Positions 1-7,978 of a stretch of DNA of 64,000 nt are shown in pieces. The translations under genes and the position numbers were made by a program. Within the stretch, counting starts at the first letter, position 1; every line of letters starts with the position of its first letter. The stretch is from an uncultured Candidatus Actinomarina sp. GTDB taxonomy: Bacteria; Actinomycetota; Acidimicrobiia; Actinomarinales; Actinomarinaceae. The notes under the pieces were generated by a model. It had not been told where the DNA came from. It saw only the letters and a program-made list of their open reading frames with translations, and made no database searches. The DNA lies in contig CACPJC010000003.1 in NCBI GenBank assembly GCA_902634185.1, positions 32,369-96,368 on the forward strand. Direction: 5' to 3'.

Positions 1-76
1 CATGTGTCCTTGGGATACCTCTTGATGCAATAAAACCTACACCACAAGAATCTTTTTCTTCGAAATGAAATGTCAT
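1..76 (-). CDS. gltB: Glutamate synthase large subunit, first 25 codons only (gene runs off the left edge)
   Basis: Reverse translation from ATG at 76..74 gives MTFHFEEKDSCGVGFIASRGIPRTH. The DSCGVGF(I)A block is the Ntn-amidotransferase N-terminus of GltB. The gene is adjacent to amt. Confidence 0.6.
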   Translation of the reverse strand, partial: MTFHFEEKDSCGVGFIASRGIPRTH

Positions 77-117
77 TAGTATGATAATTTTACTATGAAT
101 AAAGGGTTATTTAAATA

Positions 118-171
118 AGAAAACCAGCCTTAAAAATCTTTAGGGGGGGACCTAAATTTAGCTGGTTTTCT
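118..171 (-). terminator. Nested hairpin between the amt stop and the gltB start
   Basis: Outer arms agaaaaccagc (118..128) and gctggttttct (161..171). Inner arms tttagg (139..144) and cctaaa (151..156) around a G-rich loop. There is no clear U-tract. Confidence 0.35.
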
Positions 172-181
172 TAATTATTTG

Positions 182-1381
182 TTACTTTTTAGTGATGAAA
201 TCTCCATATGCTGATGTTCCGTGCTCTGTAGCATCCAACCCAGCAATTTCTTCTTCAGCTGTAACTCTAAGTCCAACTGTTGAATCAATAGCTTTAAACA
301 CAAGGAAAGATGTTCCATATGCCCAAGCACCAATTGCTAAAATACCGATTAATTGTGGCAGAAACAATGTGGCTCCTCCGCCATAGACTAAACCATCTGT
401 AGTATCAAAAATTGCCACAGCTAGTACACCCCAGATACCACATATTCCATGAACTGAGACAGCACCTACAGCATCATCAAATCCTTTTTTCTCTAAGAAG
501 TTGATGGAGTACACAACTAACACACCTGAAACCAAACCGATTAGAACTGCACCTAAGTTGTTTACATTTGCACAACCAGCAGTTATTCCAACTAAACCAG
601 CTAGAGCACCATTTAAGGTCATACCAACATTTGGTTTACCCGAAATCATTGATGTATACATCGCAGTTATAGAACCTGCAGAAGCTGATAAAGTAGTTGT
701 TACTGCAATTGCTGCAAGGTCAACATCTACTGCTGCTAAAGCAGATCCAACGTTAAATCCATACCATCCAAACCAGAGGATAAATACACCAAGTGCTCCA
801 GCTACCATTGAGCTTCCAGGTATTACTTGAGGGTTTCCATTATCGTCGTATTTTCCAATTCTTGGACCCACAATTTGAACACCAGCTAGGGCTGCAAAGC
901 CACCAACCATGTGTACAACACCAGAACCTGCAAAGTCAATGAAACCTAAGTCACCGAGCCAACCTTGACCACTCCAGACCCAGTGGGTAACTATTGGATA
1001 AATTACACCACATATAAATGGTTGAAATAATAAGTATGCGCTAAATTTTGTTCTTTCTGCGACTGCACCAGAAACAATTGTTGCTGCAGTTGCCGCAAAG
1101 ACTACTTGGAAGAAGTAGGTAATTGAGTCACCTTCCAAAAAGAAACTACCATAGGCTAAAAATCCACCAAGAGTAGTTCCACCGTATGCCAATGCAAATC
1201 CAAATGCCCAATAGGTAATTGCACCGACTGAAAAGTCCATAAAGTTTTTCATAACTATATTGACTGAGTTTTTAGATCTTGTAAATCCGGTCTCCACAAG
1301 CATAAAGCCAGGTTGCATGAACATGACTAATATACCTGCAACAACGATCCACAAGCTATCTACATAAGTTGCTAGTTCCAT
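182..1381 (-). CDS. amt: Ammonium transporter (Amt/MEP family)
   Basis: 399 aa polytopic protein. Motifs FMQPGFMLVETG, DFAGSGVVHM and VHGICGIWG (twin-His pore). SD AAGGAG upstream of the ATG. Confidence 0.95.
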   Translation of the reverse strand: MELATYVDSLWIVVAGILVMFMQPGFMLVETGFTRSKNSVNIVMKNFMDFSVGAITYWAFGFALAYGGTTLGGFLAYGSFFLEGDSITYFFQVVFAATAATIVSGAVAERTKFSAYLLFQPFICGVIYPIVTHWVWSGQGWLGDLGFIDFAGSGVVHMVGGFAALAGVQIVGPRIGKYDDNGNPQVIPGSSMVAGALGVFILWFGWYGFNVGSALAAVDVDLAAIAVTTTLSASAGSITAMYTSMISGKPNVGMTLNGALAGLVGITAGCANVNNLGAVLIGLVSGVLVVYSINFLEKKGFDDAVGAVSVHGICGIWGVLAVAIFDTTDGLVYGGGATLFLPQLIGILAIGAWAYGTSFLVFKAIDSTVGLRVTAEEEIAGLDATEHGTSAYGDFITKK

Positions 1382-1460
1382 TTTTTAAATCTCCTTTTGT
1401 AACAACCTAATTAAATATAGATGTTAAGAGACCTCTTAAAAGTTAAATGATTATTACCGG

Positions 1461-1480
1461 AATGTTTCATAAATGTTTCA
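1461..1480 (-). promoter_or_regulatory. 11-bp phased direct repeat in the amt/metG divergent region (OmpR-family or GlnR-like site candidate)
   Basis: aatgtttca at 1461..1469 and again at 1472..1480. On the amt strand this reads TGAAACATTTA-TGAAACATT. It lies 80-100 nt upstream of the amt ATG. Confidence 0.3.
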
Positions 1481-1525
1481 CAAAAATGTAGTCTTTGTGA
1501 TTTAAAAGTCTATTCTTAAAGTGTT

Positions 1526-3145
1526 ATGTCAAAAAATGTATTAGTTTGTGTGGCTTGGCCATATGCAAGCGGGTCAAGACATCTAGGCCATATTGGTGGA
1601 GCATATCTGCCTGCTGATATTTTTGCAAGGTACCACAGAGCTGTTGGTAACAATGTTTTAATGGTGTCAGGAAGCGACGTTCACGGTACCCCAATAACTG
1701 TAAGAGCTGATGCAGAAGGTGTTCAACCAATAGATATAGTCAATAAATATCACAATGAATTTTTGGGGTATTGGGAAAAACTTCGTATTTCTTGGGATAA
1801 CTATACAACAACAATGACTGATAATCATAAAGAAGTTACTCAGGAAATGTTCTTAAAAATAAAAGAGAATGGCTTTATTGAAAAAAATAAAAGTATCCAG
1901 GCTTTTGATCCACAAGAAAAAAAGTTTTTACCTGATAGATATGTAGAGGGTACTTGTCCTTGTCCTGTTGCTTATAGTGAAGCAAGAGGTGACCAATGTG
2001 ATAGCTGTGGTAAAACTCTTGATCCAGAAGAGTTAATAAATCCTATAAGTAAAATATCTGGAAACAAAGCAGAATTTAAAGAGACTGAACATTATTTTTT
2101 AAAGTTAAGTGCTCTAAATGACAGACTTTCTGATTGGTTAAATAGCAAAGAAGGTTGGAGACCTCACGTTATAAACTTTTCTAAATCATTTGTTGAAGAA
2201 GGTCTACAAGATAGAGCTATAACGAGAGATTTAGACTGGGGAATCGACATTCCAGAAAATGAATTAGGTGATGGAAAAAAAATATACGTATGGTTTGAAG
2301 CTGTAATTGGTTATTTATCTGCAGCTAAAGAATGGGCAATAACCAATGGCACACCTGATGCATGGAAAGATTTTTGGATGAATGAGGATGCAGAGTCTTA
2401 TTATTTTGTTGGAAAAGATAATGTTCCTTTTCATGCAATAATATGGCCTGCCATGTTACTTGCATATGGTGATTTGAACCTACCAACAAATGTTCCGGCA
2501 AACCAGTACATATTGATTAAAGGTGAAAAGGCATCTGCAAGTAGGGGTGTTGGAAAAACTTTGAACGATTATCTTGATGAATGGAATCCAGATTCATTAA
2601 GATACGCACTAGCCAGTATCCTGCCAGAGCAAAATGATTCTGAAATCTCTGAAGATGAAATGATTAGACGAAATAACGAAGAACTTGTGGCGGCATGGGG
2701 AAATTTAGTTCAAAGAGTTTTTTCACAATATATAAATAATTTTGAAAAATTAGACTTTGATTTTGAGTTAAATGAAATTGATAAAAAAATAATTGATGAA
2801 GCTAGTGTTTGTTTTGAAAAGACAAGTGAATTAATCGAAAAGGTCGAACTCAAATCATCACTTCAGTCAGTTATGGGATATGTAAATAAAATAAATGCTT
2901 ATCTTAATGAAACAGAACCATGGAAGATAATAAAAGAGGACAACGCCAGAGCAACAGCAATACTACACACATCACTTACAGCAATAGATGCATGTGCATC
3001 ATTATTTACTCCTTTTATGCCGACAACATCTGAGGTTGTAAAAAATGCAATTGAAAAAAATACAAATAATAATTGGTCAGTAAACGACATAAAAAAAGGT
3101 GCCCCTTTAGAAAATATTGGACACCTTTTTAAAAAATTTGATTAG
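1526..3145 (+). CDS. metG: Methionyl-tRNA synthetase (short form, no C-terminal tRNA-binding domain)
   Basis: 539 aa. HIGH-type motif SRHLGHIGG, Zn knuckle CPCP...CDSCG, KMSKS-type KASASRG. Confidence 0.95.
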   Translation: MSKNVLVCVAWPYASGSRHLGHIGGAYLPADIFARYHRAVGNNVLMVSGSDVHGTPITVRADAEGVQPIDIVNKYHNEFLGYWEKLRISWDNYTTTMTDNHKEVTQEMFLKIKENGFIEKNKSIQAFDPQEKKFLPDRYVEGTCPCPVAYSEARGDQCDSCGKTLDPEELINPISKISGNKAEFKETEHYFLKLSALNDRLSDWLNSKEGWRPHVINFSKSFVEEGLQDRAITRDLDWGIDIPENELGDGKKIYVWFEAVIGYLSAAKEWAITNGTPDAWKDFWMNEDAESYYFVGKDNVPFHAIIWPAMLLAYGDLNLPTNVPANQYILIKGEKASASRGVGKTLNDYLDEWNPDSLRYALASILPEQNDSEISEDEMIRRNNEELVAAWGNLVQRVFSQYINNFEKLDFDFELNEIDKKIIDEASVCFEKTSELIEKVELKSSLQSVMGYVNKINAYLNETEPWKIIKEDNARATAILHTSLTAIDACASLFTPFMPTTSEVVKNAIEKNTNNNWSVNDIKKGAPLENIGHLFKKFD

Positions 3146-3528
3146 CTCTTTGTAGCTTGAAATACCTCATCTATTTCATTAATCAAACCTAGAAGTTCCT
3201 CGCCTACAGCAGGATCTTCTGTTTTCTTTGCTTCTCCAGCTTTCTTTGTTGCATTCCAAAAAAGATCATGAACATTTGGAAATTTTTCAAGGTGTTCTGG
3301 CTTGAAATAATCTGTCCACAATACCCATAGATCTTTCTTAACCTCTTCAGCCATATCTTCTTTAATGGTGATGCATCGTTGTTTGAATGCAGCATCATCA
3401 GATTCTTGATATTTTTTGGAGGCATTTACAACTGACTCTGCATTGATTCTTGCTTGTGCAGGATCATAGACACCGCATGGCAAATCACAATGAGCATGAG
3501 CTACTCTTGTTGGTTTAAATAACTTCAT
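3142..3528 (-). CDS. sodN: Nickel superoxide dismutase precursor
   Basis: 128 aa. Pro-peptide MKLFKPTRVAHA is followed by the Ni-hook HCDLPCGVYDP. Confidence 0.95.
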   Translation of the reverse strand: MKLFKPTRVAHAHCDLPCGVYDPAQARINAESVVNASKKYQESDDAAFKQRCITIKEDMAEEVKKDLWVLWTDYFKPEHLEKFPNVHDLFWNATKKAGEAKKTEDPAVGEELLGLINEIDEVFQATKS

Positions 3529-3576
3529 AAATCTCCTTTAATAATCTACTATTAATTTTAATAACAAAAAAACTAT

Positions 3577-4080
3577 ATGATTAAAAGCATTACACGGATA
3601 TTAAATATTAGAAACCTTCTTATCATCGCTGTCTATTTATTTCTAAAAAATAATAAAGATGGAACATATAGAACATATGAAATCAAAGAAGAAAGTATGG
3701 AGCCATCATTACATGAAGGCGATTACGTATTAGCTATAAAAGTTGCAGAACCATTAAATCGAGGTGATATTGTTATTTATGAATATGCTCCAAAAAATAT
3801 TGAAATAATTAAACGAGTCATCGGACTTCCAGGTGAGACTATTTCAAATGAAGATGGGGAGATAAAAGTTGATGGAAAATCAATTAGCGATAGTTGGGGT
3901 AATGGTAAGTCAGCTTCTTTTGAAACTATTACATTGCAGGAAGATGAATTATTTGTATTAGGAGATAATAGAGAAAAATCTTCTAGTGATTCGTCATCTA
4001 TTGGTCCAATTAAAAATGAGGATTGTTGGAAATTAAGATATCTCTATTGGCCCTATCATAAGTTTAAGAGTTATGAATAA
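3577..4080 (+). CDS. sodX: S26 signal-peptidase-like Ni-SOD maturation protease
   Basis: 167 aa. Catalytic Ser box SMEPSL, IKRVIGLPGE and GDNREKSSSDS motifs. Divergent partner of sodN. Confidence 0.85.
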   Translation: MIKSITRILNIRNLLIIAVYLFLKNNKDGTYRTYEIKEESMEPSLHEGDYVLAIKVAEPLNRGDIVIYEYAPKNIEIIKRVIGLPGETISNEDGEIKVDGKSISDSWGNGKSASFETITLQEDELFVLGDNREKSSSDSSSIGPIKNEDCWKLRYLYWPYHKFKSYE

Positions 4081-4261
4081 TTTAGTTTGTACCTGGTGTA
4101 AAAGAGAAATGACCTATCTTCATGGTCATGGAGCTTGTATCAACAATCAATGTCCTATGTTTGGTTTGAACCAAGCTGAATGTTGTGATGGTGAAACTGT
4201 TTCAAACTGTGTTTCACCACAGAAAAATGAAATAACATTATCCCCGCGTGCATTAAACTAG
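4073..4261 (+). CDS. Small Cys/His-rich hypothetical protein (62 aa)
   Basis: Its ATG overlaps the sodX stop (ATGAATAA). Contains CTWC...HGHGACINNQC...CC...C. No family recognised. Confidence 0.35.
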   Translation: MNNLVCTWCKREMTYLHGHGACINNQCPMFGLNQAECCDGETVSNCVSPQKNEITLSPRALN

Positions 4262-4278
4262 GCAGGTAAAGTTAAATT

Positions 4279-6969
4279 ATGAGTGAAGAAAAACCTTTAA
4301 ACGTACCTGAATATCTATTGATTAGGTCTGCTGAGGCAAGAGCTAAACATTTAGGTATTTCTGTTGAACAAGCTTTAGCTGAAATCAAGGGAGAAGCTCA
4401 ACCAGTAGTTGAGGAACCTGTAGCTGAAGTTGAAGAACCTGTAGTTGAAGTTGAAGAGCCAGTTGAAGAGGAACCTGTAGCTGAAGTTGAAGAACCTATA
4501 GTTGAAGTTGAAGAGCCAGTTGAAGAACCTGTAGTTGAAGTTGAAGAGCCAGTTGAAGAACCTGTAGTTGAACAAGAACCTTTAGAGGAAGTAAGCATAG
4601 AAAATAAAACTGTTGAGTCTATACCAGCCGTTACCATTCGTTTTGCTGGTGATTCAGGTGATGGTATGCAATTAGTTGGTACTAGATTCACAGACACTTC
4701 TGCTTTATTTGGAAACGACCTTGCTACTTTGCCAGCGTTTCCTGCTGAAATTAGGGCTCCTCAAGGAACAGTTGCAGGTGTATCTTCCTTCCAAGTTCAA
4801 ATTGCTGACTTTGATATTTTGACACCAGGAGATGCCCCTGATGTTTTAGTTGCTATGAACCCTGCTGCTTTGAAAGCTCACCTACAAGATTTAACACCAA
4901 ACGGAATGTTGATATTAAACGAAGATGCTTTTGATGAAAAAAATATTAAAAAAGCAGGTTATGGGATAGATCCTAGAGAATCTGAGGAACTTGATGGATA
5001 TAGAATTTTTCAAGTCCCAATGGAAAAACTAACAAAGGAAGCTTTGGAGGAATTTGATTTACCTGGAAGAGCAGTTTTACGTTCTAAAAATATGATAGCT
5101 CTTGGTTTAATTTCATGGACTTTTAACAGAGATCTAAAAGATACTGAAAATTGGATAAACGAGAAATTCAAAAATCTACCAGAAGTCGCAAAAGCAAACA
5201 TAAAAGCACTCAAGACTGGATACAACTTTGGTATTACAGTTGAGGCATTTCACCATACTTATAAAGTAGATAAGGCCTCATTACCAGCTGGAGAGTATAC
5301 AAATATAAATGGAAATATCGGTTTAAGTTGGGGTCTTATTGCGGGTGCTAAAAAAGCTAATCTCGATCTGTTTTACGGAAGTTATCCTATTACTCCTGCA
5401 TCAGATATATTGCATGAGTTATCAAAACACAAAAATTTCAATGTGTTGACTTTCCAAGCTGAAGATGAAATTGCAGCTGCTGCAGCAGCAGTAGGTGCTT
5501 CCTTTACAGGAAAGCTTGCAGTTACAGGAACCAGTGGACCAGGTCTTGCTCTAAAAAGTGAAACCATATCTTTAGCCCTTTCTGCAGAATTGCCTTTAGT
5601 AGTAGTTAATGTTCAAAGGGGTGGGCCATCAACGGGACTACCTACAAAACCAGAACAGTCTGATCTAATGTTTGCAATGTATGGACGCCATGGAGAGGCT
5701 CCTTTACCAGTAGTTGCAGCTAAATCCCCATCTCATGCTTTCTATGCAGCGTTTGAGGCAACACGTATTGCTCTTAAATATATGACACCCGTTATTTTAT
5801 TGTCAGACAACTATGTTGCTACAGGTTCTGAGCCATGGAAACTACCTGAGATTGAAAACCTTGATGAATTGGGAACAAATTTAACCACGACTTACAACAC
5901 TGAAGATGGGTTTTTACCATTTTTTAGAGATTACGAAACTAATGCTCGACCATGGGCTATTCCTGGAGTACCAGGATTAGAGCATCGTGTAGGTGGATTA
6001 GAAAAAGAAGATGGAACTGGAAATGTTTCTTATGACACTGATAATCACCAATACATGACAGATATGAGAGCATGGAAAATTGAAAATATAGCAAATGATA
6101 TTGACCCACTTGAAATAAATGGAGACATATCATCAGATACTCTCATTTTGGGTTGGGGATCAACTTTTGGTGGTATCACACAAGCTGTAAACAGACTCAA
6201 TTCAAAAGGTGTAAAGGTAGCAAGTGCACACTTCACACACATCAATCCTTTCCCAGACAACACGGCTGAAGTTTTGAGTCAATTTAAAAACATCATTGTC
6301 CCTGAATTAAACACTGGCCAATTGTCAAAACTTTTACGTGCACGTTATCTTGTCGATACTGTCGGAATCAATAAAGTTGAAGGTTTACCTTTTACAGCTC
6401 AAGAATTAGAAGAAAAAATCGAATCTCTCATAAACTCTTTTGGTACAAAACTCGAGCCTATCGTAGAAGAAGTTGTAGCTGAGGAAGAACCTGTAGTTGA
6501 AGAGGTTGTAGAAGAAGTTGTAGCTGAGGAAGAACCTGTAGTTGAAGAGGTTGTAGCTGAGGAAGAACCTGTAGTTGAAGAGGTTGGAATACCAGAACAC
6601 CTCATAATGAGATCTGCTGAAGCACGTGCAAAAGCATTAGGTATACCTGTTGAGCAAGTTTTAGAAGAAATGAGTGCAGATAAACCAGCAGCAGAAACCC
6701 AAGAACCAGTTGTTGAACAAGAACCAGTTCTTGAAGAAGAGCCAGTTGTTGAAGAAGTAAAATCAGATACATCTGAAGAACCAGCAGCAGAAGCTCAAGA
6801 ACCTGTAGTAGAGAGAGTTGTCGAAAGGGTCACTGAAAGAGTGACTGAGAGAATTATTGAAAAAGTTGATGAGAATATGCCTGAGAATAAAGAACTTGTT
6901 CAAGACATTGATGAAGAAAGAAACAAGGTAGAGGAAGAGAAAAAAGAGGAAGTAAAGACTGATGAGTAA
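4279..6969 (+). CDS. korA: 2-oxoglutarate:ferredoxin oxidoreductase alpha (gamma-alpha fused) subunit with N- and C-terminal extensions
   Basis: 896 aa. The core (~4600..6440) has FAGDSGDGMQLVG and GSYPITPASD motifs. The termini carry a duplicated module plus acidic repeats. Confidence 0.9.
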   Translation: MSEEKPLNVPEYLLIRSAEARAKHLGISVEQALAEIKGEAQPVVEEPVAEVEEPVVEVEEPVEEEPVAEVEEPIVEVEEPVEEPVVEVEEPVEEPVVEQEPLEEVSIENKTVESIPAVTIRFAGDSGDGMQLVGTRFTDTSALFGNDLATLPAFPAEIRAPQGTVAGVSSFQVQIADFDILTPGDAPDVLVAMNPAALKAHLQDLTPNGMLILNEDAFDEKNIKKAGYGIDPRESEELDGYRIFQVPMEKLTKEALEEFDLPGRAVLRSKNMIALGLISWTFNRDLKDTENWINEKFKNLPEVAKANIKALKTGYNFGITVEAFHHTYKVDKASLPAGEYTNINGNIGLSWGLIAGAKKANLDLFYGSYPITPASDILHELSKHKNFNVLTFQAEDEIAAAAAAVGASFTGKLAVTGTSGPGLALKSETISLALSAELPLVVVNVQRGGPSTGLPTKPEQSDLMFAMYGRHGEAPLPVVAAKSPSHAFYAAFEATRIALKYMTPVILLSDNYVATGSEPWKLPEIENLDELGTNLTTTYNTEDGFLPFFRDYETNARPWAIPGVPGLEHRVGGLEKEDGTGNVSYDTDNHQYMTDMRAWKIENIANDIDPLEINGDISSDTLILGWGSTFGGITQAVNRLNSKGVKVASAHFTHINPFPDNTAEVLSQFKNIIVPELNTGQLSKLLRARYLVDTVGINKVEGLPFTAQELEEKIESLINSFGTKLEPIVEEVVAEEEPVVEEVVEEVVAEEEPVVEEVVAEEEPVVEEVGIPEHLIMRSAEARAKALGIPVEQVLEEMSADKPAAETQEPVVEQEPVLEEEPVVEEVKSDTSEEPAAEAQEPVVERVVERVTERVTERIIEKVDENMPENKELVQDIDEERNKVEEEKKEEVKTDE
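4306..4392 (+). repeat. KorA terminal module, copy 1 (PEYLLIRSAEARAKHLGISVEQALAEIKG)
   Basis: Paralogous to 6592..6678 at both protein and nucleotide level. Confidence 0.8.
4393..4590 (+). repeat. In-frame acidic tandem repeats (EEPVAEVEEPVVEVEEPVE)n
   Basis: A ~57-nt unit gaggaacctgtagctgaagttgaagaacctgtagttgaagttgaagagccagttgaa is repeated, followed by a shorter 33-nt unit. Confidence 0.9.
6455..6591 (+). repeat. In-frame acidic tandem repeats (EEVVAEEEPVVEEVV)n
   Basis: gttgtagctgaggaagaacctgtagttgaagaggtt occurs three times. Confidence 0.9.
6592..6678 (+). repeat. KorA terminal module, copy 2 (PEHLIMRSAEARAKALGIPVEQVLEEMSA)
   Basis: Paralogous to 4306..4392. It is followed by a further Glu/Pro/Val-rich tail to 6966. 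Confidence 0.8.
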
Positions 6970-7978
6970 AATTCCTCTCTCATATAAAAGAGCTGACTTT
7001 GCTAGTGACCAAGAGGTTAAATGGTGCCCTGGATGTGGTGATTATACAATTCTTGCTTCAGTGCAAAACTTTATGACTGAATTAGGTATCAGAAAAGAAA
7101 ATATTGTGTTTGTATCTGGCATTGGTTGTGCAGCAAGATTTCCTTACTACATGAACACATACGGTTTACATTCTATCCATGGTCGTGCTCCTGCAGTAGC
7201 TACTGGAGTAAGTGCATCTAACCCAGATCTTTCAGTTTGGGTAGTATCTGGAGATGGTGACGCACTATCTATTGGAGGAAACCACTTAATTCATGCACTA
7301 AGAAGAAATGTAAATATGAAGATTTTAATGTTCAATAATCAAATATATGGACTTACCAAAGGACAGTATTCCCCTACCAGTGAAGAAGGAAAGAAAACAA
7401 AATCTTCTCCCTTTGGTTCTGTAGAGCTTCCACTAAACCCAATGAGTTTAGCCTTAGGAGCTGAGGCATCATTTGTTGCAAGGTCAATTGATATGGATAG
7501 AGATCTTACAGCAGAGGTACTTCGAGCAGCATCTGAACATGAGGGCTCAGCTTATGTTGAGATTTATCAAAACTGTAACGTTTTTAATGACAAAGCCTTT
7601 GAGCAGTTAACTTCAAAGGAAGGAAAAATAGCAAATCGTATAAATCTAAAACATGGTGAGAAAGTTATCTTTGGAGCAGAAGATGAAAATGCTGTAACAA
7701 TTCGTGATGGAGAAGCGGTCATAGTCAAAAGATCTGAAATAGATGATAGTGAGATTTATGTTCATGACATTACAAAAGATAACCCTTCAATTGCTTTTTC
7801 ATTATCAAGATTATCTCATGGGCCTTATGGGCCAACGCCAGTAGGTATCTTTAGACAAGTTGAAAGAGATACTTACAATGATGAAGTCAGAGAACAAATT
7901 GACTCATCTATTGAGCAAAAAGGTGAAGGAGAACTTGATAAGCTTATTCGTTCTTTAGGAACTTGGGAAGTTAACTAA
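6962..7978 (+). CDS. korB: 2-oxoglutarate:ferredoxin oxidoreductase beta (TPP-binding) subunit
   Basis: 338 aa. CPGCGDY and GDGD...GGNH TPP motifs. Its start overlaps the korA stop. Confidence 0.93.
   Translation: MSKIPLSYKRADFASDQEVKWCPGCGDYTILASVQNFMTELGIRKENIVFVSGIGCAARFPYYMNTYGLHSIHGRAPAVATGVSASNPDLSVWVVSGDGDALSIGGNHLIHALRRNVNMKILMFNNQIYGLTKGQYSPTSEEGKKTKSSPFGSVELPLNPMSLALGAEASFVARSIDMDRDLTAEVLRAASEHEGSAYVEIYQNCNVFNDKAFEQLTSKEGKIANRINLKHGEKVIFGAEDENAVTIRDGEAVIVKRSEIDDSEIYVHDITKDNPSIAFSLSRLSHGPYGPTPVGIFRQVERDTYNDEVREQIDSSIEQKGEGELDKLIRSLGTWEVN

Noticed and set aside
118-171. Structured element between amt and gltB, considered as a glutamine or nitrogen riboswitch
   Set aside because: Only a nested hairpin is visible, and I could not match the conserved core of the glnA/glutamine-II RNA motifs from memory. 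It is more simply explained as an intergenic terminator or stabiliser hairpin. A covariance-model scan (Rfam) would be needed to settle this.
192-830. Plus-strand ORFs inside amt (192..386, 501..830)
   Set aside because: They are antisense to a clearly conserved ammonium transporter and give Pro/Thr/Ala-rich shadow translations.
4375-4697. Regularly spaced short repeats that could superficially suggest a CRISPR-like or satellite array (also 6399..6605)
   Set aside because: The repeats are in frame within korA and encode EEPV-type acidic peptide repeats. There are no unique spacers of constant length and no cas genes. The antisense ORFs listed there are artefacts.
7971-7978. 8-nt convergent overlap of korB and nadV 3' ends, considered as a possible annotation error
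   Set aside because: Both C-termini read sensibly to their stops (TAA at 7976..7978, and TAA complement at 7971..7973). Such overlaps fit the extreme compaction seen throughout the window.
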